From positions 842 to 64,841 of the forward strand of contig DASZCN010000037.1 of assembly GCA_035943095.1 (NCBI GenBank): a DNA stretch of 64,000 nucleotides. The letters are read 5' to 3'. Within the stretch, counting starts at the first letter, position 1; every line of letters begins with the position of its first letter. A program made the translations under genes and the position numbers. A model generated the notes under the pieces. That model ran no database searches. It had not been told where the DNA came from and saw nothing but the letters and a program-made list of their open reading frames with translations. The stretch comes from Gemmatimonadales bacterium (GTDB lineage Bacteria > Gemmatimonadota > Gemmatimonadetes > Gemmatimonadales > GWC2-71-9). This document shows positions 1 to 9,546 of this stretch, in pieces.

Positions 1-811
1 CCCGCGCGACGTGGCCGGAAACGGCTGGGGCGCCGGCCTCGGCGGCCGAGGAGCGGGCCGGCGCGAGTGCCGCGGCACTGGCGAGGAGCAGCAACCCGGC
101 GTCCCATCCCAGGTCGACCAGTCCTCCGGGGTGGAAGGTTCCTCGCAACGTCGCCATTGCGTACACCGCGTTCGTCACGCACAGCACGGCGAGGGCGGAC
201 ACGACACCAATGGTCCGCGTCTGGACGCGCGTGTGGCGCACCGTCTCGACCAGAATCGCCCACAGCACCGCGATCCCGCCAACAGACCACGCGATGCTCG
301 TCAGAAGGGGGGAAAGGCGGCTCCCAGTCTCGAAGAACGGCTTGAGGAGGAACTCGTAGGCGAGCGCGGCGGCCGTGAGCGTGACCAGCACCGTATCGAT
401 CAATAGACCGGCGTCGAAACGGCGTCGCGGCTCCGCGCCCACCAGCTTGGTCACCGCGACGAGGAAGCAGACGTACACGCTCAGGTAGCCGGCATCCGCG
501 AGCGACGGATAGGGCAGGGGAGCGCGGGCCACGAGCTCGTAGAAATCCCGCACTAGCTGGCCTGCCAAAAAGAGCCCGCAGCCGGCGCCCATCCACTGCC
601 AGGCGCGGCGTTGATCGGGTGCTGGATGGCGACGCGCCGCGATGGCGCAGCACACGGCCCCGTAGAGCGCCGCCCAGGTCCACGACACGTCGGCGATCGC
701 CCCACGCGTCGCTCGGTCCTCGGGGGAGAGGAGATACGCCAGGGCCATCGCCACGAACGAGCCAGCGGCGATCGACACCAGCGCACGCGTCTGCCGGTCG
801 AGGGGTGGCAC
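1..811 (-). CDS. Polytopic membrane protein, N-terminal part (gene continues beyond window start)
   Basis: Minus-strand frame is open from GTG (complement of 809-811) to the window edge. My translation VPPLDRQTRALVSIAAGSFVAMALAYLL...WTWAALYGAVCCAIAA...GYLSVYVCFLVAV...IAWSVGGIAVLWAILV shows successive hydrophobic helices. It is absent from the ORF track because no stop lies inside the window. The + strand ORFs 11..406 and 67..345 are Arg/Gly-rich antisense artefacts. Confidence 0.5.
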   Translation of the reverse strand, partial: MPPLDRQTRALVSIAAGSFVAMALAYLLSPEDRATRGAIADVSWTWAALYGAVCCAIAARRHPAPDQRRAWQWMGAGCGLFLAGQLVRDFYELVARAPLPYPSLADAGYLSVYVCFLVAVTKLVGAEPRRRFDAGLLIDTVLVTLTAAALAYEFLLKPFFETGSRLSPLLTSIAWSVGGIAVLWAILVETVRHTRVQTRTIGVVSALAVLCVTNAVYAMATLRGTFHPGGLVDLGWDAGLLLLASAAALAPARSSAAEAGAPAVSGHVAR

Positions 812-879
812 GGGCGGCCTTCGCGCTAACCTAACGGCGGGCGCGTCGGGTCGCGAGGGTATTCGTCCCGGGCCCGGGG

Positions 880-3213
880 CTAGCGGGCGTGCAGGATGGC
901 CCGGCGCGCCGCGGGCACGCGCTGGCGCGGGCGCACGCTTTCCCAGATCTCTCGGTTCAGCTCTACCTCATCCGCGGCGTCCGCCTCGGCGAGATCGGCC
1001 TCGGGAATGCGCGAGCGAAACGCGCGGGGATTGAGCTCGCCCAGCGGCCACACACTGGGCAGGTGGGTGAAAGACGTGGTGTCGGGTCGTCTCGAGAATG
1101 CATTCCAGAGGGGCGTCGCCGCAGCGTCGTACTGGCTGAGCGGGGCGAGTCCGAGAATCTGCTCGATGGAAAGCACCACGGATGCGGTCGTGTAGAACGT
1201 GCTGTCCACGACGCCGCGCTGGGCGTACGGCGACGCGACGAGCAGCACCGAGCGATGGGCATCGACGTGGTCCGGGCCGTTCTGCGCGTCGTCCTCCAGC
1301 ACGAAGACCGCCAGGGACGGCCAGGTGGGCGACCGAGACAGGCGCTCCACGATCTGGCCAAGGGCGAGGTCGTTGTCCGCGACCATGGCCCGCGGCGTGG
1401 GGCGGCTGCCGCGGCGACCGTAGGTGTGATCGCGTGGCAGCCACATGATCACCAGGTCCGGAAAGAGATCCTGCGCGTCCCAGCTCCCGACCGAGTCGGC
1501 GAAGAGGCGCGCGCGGGTCGTGTCGGAGATCGTGAGGACGAACCCGGGAAAGTTCTTGACCGTGATGTCCCGGAGGCTAGCGATGTTGGTGCGGGCGGGT
1601 TCGTCGGCGGTCGAGTCCTGCTCGTCTGATTCCGTCTTCTCCCCGAAGTTCACCACCCGGAGCCCCTTCCGCAGGGCGGCGTCCCAGAGGTATGAGCCGT
1701 GCGGGTTCACGAGGTCCTCGCCCGAGTTCAGGTCCCACTGGCGGCGATCGGAATAGATCTGCGGCCAGGTCTTCTCGTTGTACTCGCCCGCAAACGCGCG
1801 GTCGGTCCACTCGTGGCCGTTGGCGGACACCTCGCCGTTCACATAGAAGTTGTCGAACAGGACCCACCGGCGGGCGATCAGGTGCGCGTTCGGGGTGACC
1901 GAATCGTTGAAGATCGCCAGACCCGGGTCGCCGTTCCCGCGCGCCTCGTCGCCGAACACCTGATCGTACGTCCGGTTCTCCCGGATGATGTAGACCACGT
2001 GCTTCAACTCCGGCGCACGGTCGGCCAACCGCACCGCCGGCCGGATCTGCGCGTTCGAAAACGGGCTCAGCGCGTACACCTGGCGCGTGTACCGTGCGAG
2101 GGTGGCCGCGTCGGGGACCGGCACGATCGACACCGAGCCGGCGACGACATCCGCGATGTATTTCCCATCGGCGTTGGCGCCGGAGCCGTTGCCTTTGCCG
2201 TTCGCCACGAAGAGCGTGCGCCCGTCCGTCGAGGCGGCGACCGCCGTGGGATACCAGCCGACCGGGATGAGCCCGGCGACCCGCATCTCCCGACGCTCGA
2301 TCCGGACCACCGCGACGGCGTTGTTGCCCGCCATGGCGACGTAGAGCGTCCGGCGATCAGGGGAGAGCGCGAGGGCGTTGGGATCGCTCCCGACGGGTGC
2401 ATGTGGGGCCAGAGCGACGGTGAGCTGCTCGCGCACCTCTCCGGTCGCGAGCTCCACGCGGGCCACTCCGTTCGCGCCGGCCAGCGCGGCGAACAGCTCC
2501 GAGCCCGAGAGCGCGAGCGCCGAGGGATGTGGGCCCACGGAAAGGGAGAGTCGGACCGTCGGATGGTCGGACAGATCGATGACCGAGACGGTCGAGTCGC
2601 CCCAGTTACTCACGTACACATGCGCCGAGTCGGCCACCGCCGTATATGGACGGTGCCCGACTGCCACGGCGGCGCGCCGCTCGAGCGACGCGGCGTCGAC
2701 GAAGTAGACCGAGTCACTCAGATTGCCGACCACGGCGACCCACCCCTGGCGGGGCAGCAGCGCGATGCCGGCGGGAAACAGCTTGGCGCCGGAGTCGGCC
2801 AGCGCGACGCTGTCCGCCTTCCAGGTGGCGCCACCCTGCCAGGTGAAGCGGTACACGCGGTTGGTCGCGCCGCCGCTCGCCCAGACCGTGTCGCGCCAGT
2901 CGCGGCCCGATCGCGCCAAGCCGAGCCACGCGGCAGGCAAGGGCGCCCTCCACACCACTCGCGCCTGCGCGGCGTCGATGCGCGCGAGGCCATTCTCACC
3001 GTGGCCGTTGTAGCTCACCAACGCGGAGCCGTCGGATAGTGTGACGAGGCCGAGCGGCAGCGTCCCGACGGGCACGGACTTCCCCGCCGGTCGGATCCGC
3101 CAACCCGAAGGGAGCAGCGTACTACCATCTCGCAACGGACCGGGAACGAGGCGGCTCGCGACGAGCGCGAGACCGGCGAGAGCCGGCAGGGCGAAGAGGG
3201 ATCGAGCGCGCAT
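880..3213 (-). CDS. Secreted beta-propeller (YVTN/YncE-like) fused to phosphoesterase-family (phospholipase C / AcpA-type) domain
   Basis: 777-aa ORF with signal-like N-terminus MRARSLFALPALAGLALVA. Propeller-type strands YVSNWGDSTVSVIDL, LYVAMAGNNAVAVV, LFVANGKGNG. The C-terminal half carries phosphoesterase-family motifs HVVYIIRENRTYDQVFGD and VLEDDAQNGPDHVDAHRS. Confidence 0.85.
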   Translation of the reverse strand: MRARSLFALPALAGLALVASRLVPGPLRDGSTLLPSGWRIRPAGKSVPVGTLPLGLVTLSDGSALVSYNGHGENGLARIDAAQARVVWRAPLPAAWLGLARSGRDWRDTVWASGGATNRVYRFTWQGGATWKADSVALADSGAKLFPAGIALLPRQGWVAVVGNLSDSVYFVDAASLERRAAVAVGHRPYTAVADSAHVYVSNWGDSTVSVIDLSDHPTVRLSLSVGPHPSALALSGSELFAALAGANGVARVELATGEVREQLTVALAPHAPVGSDPNALALSPDRRTLYVAMAGNNAVAVVRIERREMRVAGLIPVGWYPTAVAASTDGRTLFVANGKGNGSGANADGKYIADVVAGSVSIVPVPDAATLARYTRQVYALSPFSNAQIRPAVRLADRAPELKHVVYIIRENRTYDQVFGDEARGNGDPGLAIFNDSVTPNAHLIARRWVLFDNFYVNGEVSANGHEWTDRAFAGEYNEKTWPQIYSDRRQWDLNSGEDLVNPHGSYLWDAALRKGLRVVNFGEKTESDEQDSTADEPARTNIASLRDITVKNFPGFVLTISDTTRARLFADSVGSWDAQDLFPDLVIMWLPRDHTYGRRGSRPTPRAMVADNDLALGQIVERLSRSPTWPSLAVFVLEDDAQNGPDHVDAHRSVLLVASPYAQRGVVDSTFYTTASVVLSIEQILGLAPLSQYDAAATPLWNAFSRRPDTTSFTHLPSVWPLGELNPRAFRSRIPEADLAEADAADEVELNREIWESVRPRQRVPAARRAILHAR

Positions 3214-3268
3214 GCCGCAAGATATCCGGCTCGCGGGAGCGGCGTCATCCCCTTAGCCTTTAGGCGGC

Positions 3269-5926
3269 ATGACCGGCCTGATCTTTCATCTCATTCCCCA
3301 TACCCATTGGGACCGTGAGTGGTATCTGCCGCGCGCCGCATTCCAGGCACGGCTCGTGGCGGCGCTGGACGAGGTGATCGAGCGGCTGCAGGGCGCGTCG
3401 GCGTATCGCAGTTTCCTGCTCGACGGCCAGACGGTGCTGGTGGAGGACTACCTGCGCGCTCGACCCGAACGCGAGCCGGATGTGCGGGCGCTCGTCAAGA
3501 CCGGTCGCTTGCAGCTTGGACCGTGGTACGTGCTCCCCGACGAGCAAATCCCTTCGGGCGAGGGCCTGATCCGGAACCTGCTGCTCGGCGCGGCCGATGC
3601 CGACCGCCTCGGCGGCCGTCTCGACGTGTTCTATTCTCCCGACGCGTTCGGTCATCCGGCGGTGGCGCCGACCTTGGCGCGCGAGTTCGGCATCCGATAC
3701 GGCGTCGTGTGGCGTGGGCTCGGTGGCGAGCCGGGGCAAGAGCGCGATCTGTACCGCTGGACCGGGCCGGATCGCAAAGAGATTCTCCTGTGGCATCTCC
3801 CTCCAGCGGGTTACGAAATCGGGGCCGCGCTTCCAGCGGACGGCGAGCGCCTGTTCACGGCCTGGGCTCCGATCCGCCGGGCGCTCGTCCAGCGTGCCGC
3901 CGGGAAACACATCCCCGTGTTCATCGGTGCCGACCACCACGCTCCGCACCCCGATGTCCCGCGGTTGCGCGACTTGCTCGCGGAGCTCGACCCGCAGAGC
4001 GCGTTTCGCGTCTCACGGCTCGACGAATTCTTCCAGGCAGCCACGGAAGGCGCGAAGCCCGCGCTGCTCGACGGGGAGCTGCGCTGGTCCTATCGCTATG
4101 CCTGGACGCTTCAGGGGGTGCACGGCACGCGCGCGCCGCTCAAGCGGCGCTATAGCGCGGCCGAGCTCACCCTCGCGCGTGTGGCGGAGCCGCTGGCGGC
4201 GCTGGCGCGTCGCTGGGGGGGCCGTGACCGGCGGCCCGTGCTCGAGCTCGCCTGGCGAGCGCTCGTACACTGCCAGTTTCACGATACCATCGCCGGCTGT
4301 ACGAGCGACGCGGTCGCGCGGGCCGTCGAGGAGCGCCTCGCGAATGTCGAAGCGTTGGCCGCGGAGCTGGTTCGCGGCAGCGTGTACGATCTCGTGCGCC
4401 ACGATCCCGACGTGGCGCGCGAGCGCGCCGCGGCGGCCACGCCGACGCTGGTCCTGTGGAACGCCGCGTCGCGTCCGCGCCGTGGCGTGACGATCGCCGA
4501 CGTCACGCTGTTCCGGCGCGACGTGCCCGTCGGTCCTCCTGGGAACCAGGCGCCGCGGGAGGGACCTGGGTACCGTCCCTTCACCCTCGTGTCCGCGGAT
4601 GGCCGCCCCGTGGCGGTCCAGGTCCTGGACCGTCGCGTGGGAACGGAGCGACTCGATGCAGCGCGCCACTACCCGGATCAAGACGAGGTCGATCAGGTAC
4701 GGATCGCGTTCCGGGCGCCAAGCGTGCCGGGGCTCGGGCTCGCCCGATTGGGACTGTCGGTGCCGATAGGGGGAAGGGGCGCCACGCGTGCTGAACCTTC
4801 GGGCGAGGGCGCCTCGGTGCGAGGAGGGAAGGGGGGACGCTCCCTCGTGAACCATTGGATCGAGGTCTCTCTCGAATCGACCGGAGCGCTCGCGCTGCGC
4901 GACCGGCGTAGCGGGCAGCGATTCGCCGACCTGCTGCGCATCGAGGACTCAGGCGATGCCGGCGACGCGTACACGTACTGCCCGCCGGCGGGCGATCGGC
5001 TCCTCAAGGCGAACGGGCCGGTCGCAGTCCGGCGGCTCGCGGCGGGACCGCTCGTCGCAGCTCTCGAGGCTCGCTTCCAGGTCGGAGCGCGGGTTGGGGT
5101 TCGGCTGGTCACCATGGTGCACGCGGATAGCCCGGTGGTGCGCTGCATCGTCGAGGTCGAGAACCGCGCTGGCTGGCACCGGCTCCGCGCGCGGTTTCCG
5201 ACGGGCCTCGCCGGGACGACGGCAGTGGCGGGAGGCGCGTTCGGGGCGGCCGCCCGGCCACCGGTGGTCGCCGATCCGCACGAGTATCCGCTCGAGGCAC
5301 CGGTGCGCACCGCCCCAGCGCACCGATTCGTCGCCGCGGCGAGCGGAGCCCGCGGACTGGCGATACTCGCGCCGGGCTTCTTCGAGTACGAATGGACGCC
5401 ACGCGGGGACCTGGTGCTGACCCTGCTCCGCGCGGTGGGCGAGCTGTCCCGCGGAGACTTGCCGACGCGCCCCGGCCACGCGGCCTGGCCCACCCCCGCG
5501 CCGCTGGCGCAGGCGCTGGGCACCAGTCGCATCGAGCTCGCGCTCGTGCCCGTGTCCCGAACCGAAATCGACCGGGGCGACGCGCTGCCGGCGTTGTGGG
5601 AAGACTCGTTCCTCCCGCTTCGTGGATTCTGGCTGCGCGATGCCGTGGACTTGACCCCGGCACCGGTCGACATCGCGCTCGAGGGATCGGGGCTCGTGCT
5701 CTCGGCGGTGAAGCCGGCACAACAGGGATCGCCCATGGTCCTGCGCTGCTACAACGCGACCGACCGCAAAGCGGCGGGCGCGTGGCGATTCGGCGAGGGG
5801 GTCAAGAGCGCGCACCGCGTGCGAGCGGACGAGCGGGAGTCGGTGGCGTTGGTGCTGGAAGGTCGAGGAAAAACGGTGCGGTTCGCGGCGGAGCCGCATG
5901 AAATCGTCACGATCCTGGTGACCTGA
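3269..5926 (+). CDS. Glycoside hydrolase family 38 (alpha-mannosidase / mannosylglycerate-hydrolase-like)
   Basis: 885-aa ORF. N-terminal HLIPHTHWDREWY plus GPWYVLPDEQIPSGE are hallmark GH38 N-domain motifs. Length fits bacterial GH38 enzymes. Confidence 0.85.
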   Translation: MTGLIFHLIPHTHWDREWYLPRAAFQARLVAALDEVIERLQGASAYRSFLLDGQTVLVEDYLRARPEREPDVRALVKTGRLQLGPWYVLPDEQIPSGEGLIRNLLLGAADADRLGGRLDVFYSPDAFGHPAVAPTLAREFGIRYGVVWRGLGGEPGQERDLYRWTGPDRKEILLWHLPPAGYEIGAALPADGERLFTAWAPIRRALVQRAAGKHIPVFIGADHHAPHPDVPRLRDLLAELDPQSAFRVSRLDEFFQAATEGAKPALLDGELRWSYRYAWTLQGVHGTRAPLKRRYSAAELTLARVAEPLAALARRWGGRDRRPVLELAWRALVHCQFHDTIAGCTSDAVARAVEERLANVEALAAELVRGSVYDLVRHDPDVARERAAAATPTLVLWNAASRPRRGVTIADVTLFRRDVPVGPPGNQAPREGPGYRPFTLVSADGRPVAVQVLDRRVGTERLDAARHYPDQDEVDQVRIAFRAPSVPGLGLARLGLSVPIGGRGATRAEPSGEGASVRGGKGGRSLVNHWIEVSLESTGALALRDRRSGQRFADLLRIEDSGDAGDAYTYCPPAGDRLLKANGPVAVRRLAAGPLVAALEARFQVGARVGVRLVTMVHADSPVVRCIVEVENRAGWHRLRARFPTGLAGTTAVAGGAFGAAARPPVVADPHEYPLEAPVRTAPAHRFVAAASGARGLAILAPGFFEYEWTPRGDLVLTLLRAVGELSRGDLPTRPGHAAWPTPAPLAQALGTSRIELALVPVSRTEIDRGDALPALWEDSFLPLRGFWLRDAVDLTPAPVDIALEGSGLVLSAVKPAQQGSPMVLRCYNATDRKAAGAWRFGEGVKSAHRVRADERESVALVLEGRGKTVRFAAEPHEIVTILVT

Positions 5927-5928
5927 AC

Positions 5929-6588
5929 ATGAACGAACATCGCATCACGACCCGAAAAAGCGCGCGCTACTACACGCTCGGCCCAGCGGACTCATCGGCC
6001 CGTGAAGTCTGGTTCGCGTGCCATGGTTACGCGCAGCTGGCCGGCCGCTTCCTCGAGAAGCTGCGCGTGCTCGACGACGGGCACCGACTGCTCGTCGCTC
6101 CCGAGGGGTTGTCGCGGTTCTACGTGAGCGAGAGTCCCGCCGAGCGGCGCGTGGGTGCGTGCTGGATGACGCGCGAGGACCGGCTAGCCGAGATCGAGGA
6201 CTACGTGCAGTATCTCGACGCCGTGTATGCCGCCGTCTTCGCCGAGCTGGATCGCGAGGGCGTGACGGTGCACGCCCTCGGCTACTCTCAGGGCGCGGCG
6301 ACAGTCAGTCGATGGGCGGCGATGGGCACCGCCCGGGTCGAGCGCGTCGTGCTCTGGGGTGGTGAGTTGCCGCCGGACCTCGATCTCTCCAAAGAGCCTG
6401 CCGCCGGGCGGCTGCGGGCCGGTCGACTCACGTTCGTATACGGTCGTTCGGACGAGTTCATCACGCCGAAAGTGGTCAAGGCCACGAAACAGCGTCTCGA
6501 GGAGCACAACATTCCGTACCGCGAAGTCCCGTTCGACGGCGGGCACGAGCTGAGTCCCGCCGTGCTGACGGAGCTGGCCGCCTCATGA
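5929..6588 (+). CDS. Alpha/beta-hydrolase esterase (phospholipase/carboxylesterase-like)
   Basis: 219 aa, starting 3 nt after the GH38 stop. Nucleophile elbow GYSQGAA, candidate acid GRSDEF and candidate His GGHEL in the expected order for a Ser-Asp-His triad. Confidence 0.6.
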   Translation: MNEHRITTRKSARYYTLGPADSSAREVWFACHGYAQLAGRFLEKLRVLDDGHRLLVAPEGLSRFYVSESPAERRVGACWMTREDRLAEIEDYVQYLDAVYAAVFAELDREGVTVHALGYSQGAATVSRWAAMGTARVERVVLWGGELPPDLDLSKEPAAGRLRAGRLTFVYGRSDEFITPKVVKATKQRLEEHNIPYREVPFDGGHELSPAVLTELAAS

Positions 6589-7688
6589 CGCCGCGCCTCC
6601 ACTCGCTCGACGCGTTTCGCGGGCTGACCATCGCCGGCATGCTCCTCGTGAACGACCCCGGCAGCTGGTCGTACGTGTATCGCCCGCTCGACCATGCGGA
6701 ATGGAATGGCTGGACGCCCACCGATCTCATCTTCCCGTTCTTCCTGTTTATCGTCGGCATCTCGCTCACGCTCTCGTTCTCACGCCGCATGGACCAGGGG
6801 GCCAGCCCTCGGGATCTGCTTCGCAAAGTCGCAAGCCGCGCCGGCATCATCTTCGGGCTCGGGTTGCTGCTGAACGGGTTTCCGCACTACGACCTGGCGA
6901 CGATTCGGGTCATGGGCGTGTTGCAGCGGATCGCCCTCGTCTATCTCGCGACGGGCATCTTGTATGTCACCACCGGAGAGCGGTCGCAGCGGTGGATCGT
7001 CGTCGGGCTGCTCGTGGGTTACTGGGCAGTGATGACGCTCGTCCCGGTGCCGGGATTTGGCGCCGGGATCCTCGAGCGGCAAGGCAACCTCGCCCAATAC
7101 GTGGACCAGGTGGTCCTCGGGGCGCACCGCTGGAAGCCGGATTGGGACCCCGAAGGGATCATGAGCACGTTTCCGGCGATCGCGACGTGCCTGCTCGGCG
7201 TCATGGCGGGTCGCTGGCTGCGGGCGGACCGGACGGAGGTCGAGAAGGCCCTCGGGATGTACGTGTGGGGCGTGCTCGCCATGCTGGCCGGCGTGGCGTG
7301 GAGCATATGGTTCCCGATCAACAAGAACCTGTGGTCGAGCACCTACGTGCTCTTCACCGCCGGGTTCGCCCTCGTCCTGCTCGCGACGATCTATTACGTG
7401 GTTGACATCCGGGGAAGCGACCGCTGGGCGTGGCCGTGGTACGTCTTCGGCACGAACTCGATCCTCGCGTTCGCGGCGTCGGGCCTGCTTGGCCGGATCC
7501 TGCTGGTGTCGAAGGTGGCGCAACCGGACGGGTCGACCGTGTCCCTGTACACCTGGATCTACGAGCACGGGTTTGCGAGCTGGGCGGGGCCGATGAACGG
7601 ATCGCTGGCGTTCGCGCTCGCGTACGTCGCCCTGTTCCTTGGGGTAATGGCCGTCCTGTATGAGAAAAAGTGGTTCGTGAAAATCTAG
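6585..7688 (+). CDS. Membrane acyltransferase, heparan-alpha-glucosaminide N-acetyltransferase-like (DUF1624/DUF5009 type)
   Basis: 367 aa; its ATG overlaps the upstream stop (ATGA). N-terminus LDAFRGLTIAGMLLVNDPGSW and GWTPTDLIFPFFLFIVG are typical of this family. Multiple TM helices throughout. Confidence 0.75.
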   Translation: MTPRLHSLDAFRGLTIAGMLLVNDPGSWSYVYRPLDHAEWNGWTPTDLIFPFFLFIVGISLTLSFSRRMDQGASPRDLLRKVASRAGIIFGLGLLLNGFPHYDLATIRVMGVLQRIALVYLATGILYVTTGERSQRWIVVGLLVGYWAVMTLVPVPGFGAGILERQGNLAQYVDQVVLGAHRWKPDWDPEGIMSTFPAIATCLLGVMAGRWLRADRTEVEKALGMYVWGVLAMLAGVAWSIWFPINKNLWSSTYVLFTAGFALVLLATIYYVVDIRGSDRWAWPWYVFGTNSILAFAASGLLGRILLVSKVAQPDGSTVSLYTWIYEHGFASWAGPMNGSLAFALAYVALFLGVMAVLYEKKWFVKI

Positions 7689-8530
7689 GCGCCTCTGGTC
7701 GCCGGGTTGAGTGCATCTTGCAGCGCATCTCCCAACAGCGTGCACGCGACCACGACGAGCACGAGGGCGAGACCGGGCGCGGTGGCCACCCACGGTGCGT
7801 TGACGAGGGTATCGCGTCCTGACGCGATCATGTTCCCCCACGATGGCGTAGGTGGCTGGACGCCGAGGCCCAGGAACGAGAGCCCTGCCTCGAGCATGAT
7901 CGCTTGCCCGAGTCCCAAGGCCGCGGACACGATGACTGGCGTCAGCGCGTTGGGAACGATGTGGCGTGCGAGGACGCGGGCCTGGGAGAGGCCCAGCGCG
8001 ACTGCGCCCTCCACAAAAGGGCGGGCGGCGAGCGAGCGTACCTCTCCCTGCACCAGGCGGGCGACGGACATCCAGCCCGTGAGGCCGAGCACCAGGATGA
8101 CGAGCCCCGCGCTCGGTCGCGCGAGGGCCGCGAGCAGCAGGACCAGGACCACGCGCGGGACGGCGATGGTGAAGTCTGTAGCGGCGAGGAGCACGACCCG
8201 CGGCGTGCCGGGCCAATAGCCGGCCGCGGCGCCGACCACCAGGCCGATCGCCACTGAAAGCAACACGGCCACGCCTCCGACCACGAGCGACACGCGGGCA
8301 CCGTACACCAGACGCGTCCACACGTCGCGCCCAAAGCGGTCGGTGCCGAGCGGGTGAAACGCGCCGGCATGGTCGGTCGAGAGGGGCGGTTGAAATCGCG
8401 TGGCGACCACATCATGCTGGGCGGCCGGTGCGCCGGTCGTGATCAGCGGCGCCGCCGCGCCGGCCCCGCAGACCAGGGCGAGGACGGCGACGCCGAACAC
8501 CGCGCGCCGGTCACGCCGCAACCGACTCAC
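7685..8530 (-). CDS. ABC transporter permease, DppC/OppC-like
   Basis: Longest ORF 7685..9025 trimmed to GTG at 8528-8530, which overlaps the stop of the upstream permease (GTGA). From there VSRLRRDRRAVFGVAVLALV, then TM helices and the EAA-type loop FVEGAVALGLSQARVLARHIVPNAL. The discarded 165-aa N-terminal extension is Arg/Gly-rich and overlaps the upstream gene. Confidence 0.8.
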   Translation of the reverse strand: MSRLRRDRRAVFGVAVLALVCGAGAAAPLITTGAPAAQHDVVATRFQPPLSTDHAGAFHPLGTDRFGRDVWTRLVYGARVSLVVGGVAVLLSVAIGLVVGAAAGYWPGTPRVVLLAATDFTIAVPRVVLVLLLAALARPSAGLVILVLGLTGWMSVARLVQGEVRSLAARPFVEGAVALGLSQARVLARHIVPNALTPVIVSAALGLGQAIMLEAGLSFLGLGVQPPTPSWGNMIASGRDTLVNAPWVATAPGLALVLVVVACTLLGDALQDALNPATRGA

Positions 8531-9501
8531 GTCGCTCGCCTCCCGTGCCGGACGCGTGGGTCGACCCAGGCGGCGCACAGGTCGGCGAGCACGTTCCCCA
8601 TGACCACAAGGACAGCCGTCATCACGGTGGCCGCCATGACGACCGGGTAGTCGCGCGCCTGGACCGCTTCGACGAGCCGCCGCCCCACGCCCGGCCACGC
8701 GAACACCGCTTCCACGAACACCGCGCCGGAGAGGAGGGCGGGGAGGGACATCCCGAGCAGGAGGATCACCGGGACCAGGGCGTTCCGCGCGATGTGCCGC
8801 CGTGTGACCTGGAACGGCGACAGGCCCTTGGCCTCGGCGGTCGTCACAAAGGGCTGCCCCAGCACGTCCCGCATCGCGCCCCGCACGAAGCGTGCGGCTC
8901 CGCCGACCCCGACCAGCGTGAGTGTGGCGACTGGCAGCGCGAGGTGCCGGAGGCGGTCGGCCACTCCACTGCCGCCCGTGAACGCATCGACGTCGATTCC
9001 GGTTGCGCCGAACGCGGGTAACCAATGCGCCCAGTAGGTGAAGACCATCATCAGCATGAGCCCGAGCCAGTACCCTGGCAGGGCGAACAAGGTGACGGTC
9101 ACGATCGAGAGCGCCGTGTCGACGCGCCGGTCAGCCCGGGCCTGCCACACACCGATCAAGAAGCCCAATCCGTAGCTGACGATGAGCGACAGTCCCGCCA
9201 GTACGAGGGTGGCGGGGAGGGCCTCACCGAGCACGCGACGCACGGGGCGACCGTTCGCGATGCTCCGGCCCCAGTCACCGCGGGCGAATCGAACGATCCA
9301 CGTCGCGAACTGGACCGGCAACGGACGGTCGAGGCTGAGCGCGTGTCGCTGCGCGGCGAGCTGCGCAGGGGTCGCCGTGGGGCCGAGGAGCCGCTCTACG
9401 GGATCCCCCGGTGCGAGTTGAACCAGGAAGAACGTGAGGGTCAGAACCCCGGCCACCACAGCGGCTCCTGCGACGAGGCGGCGTCCGATGTGCGCGAGCA
9501 T
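8527..9501 (-). CDS. ABC transporter permease, DppB/OppB-like
   Basis: 324 aa with N-terminus MLAHIGRRLVAGAAVVAGVLTLTFFLVQLAPGDPV, typical of DppB/OppB. EAA-type loop FVTTAEAKGLSPFQVTRRHIARNALVPV. Confidence 0.85.
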   Translation of the reverse strand: MLAHIGRRLVAGAAVVAGVLTLTFFLVQLAPGDPVERLLGPTATPAQLAAQRHALSLDRPLPVQFATWIVRFARGDWGRSIANGRPVRRVLGEALPATLVLAGLSLIVSYGLGFLIGVWQARADRRVDTALSIVTVTLFALPGYWLGLMLMMVFTYWAHWLPAFGATGIDVDAFTGGSGVADRLRHLALPVATLTLVGVGGAARFVRGAMRDVLGQPFVTTAEAKGLSPFQVTRRHIARNALVPVILLLGMSLPALLSGAVFVEAVFAWPGVGRRLVEAVQARDYPVVMAATVMTAVLVVMGNVLADLCAAWVDPRVRHGRRAT

Positions 9502-9546
9502 GCACCGAATCTCGCGCGAGCCTCCGGGCCCCGCTAGAATCCGGGC

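Noticed and set aside
11-834. Several plus- and minus-strand ORFs of 70-130 aa at the window start (11..406, 67..345, 553..786, 611..829, 619..834)
   Set aside because: All are Arg/Gly/Pro-rich. A different minus-strand frame gives a continuous, hydrophobic, membrane-protein-like translation from GTG 811 to the window edge, and that is the gene I report.
8531-9025. N-terminal 165-codon extension of the DppC-like ORF
   Set aside because: It overlaps the DppB-like gene out of frame and is Arg/Gly/Pro-rich. A GTG exactly overlapping the upstream stop codon gives a normal-length permease.
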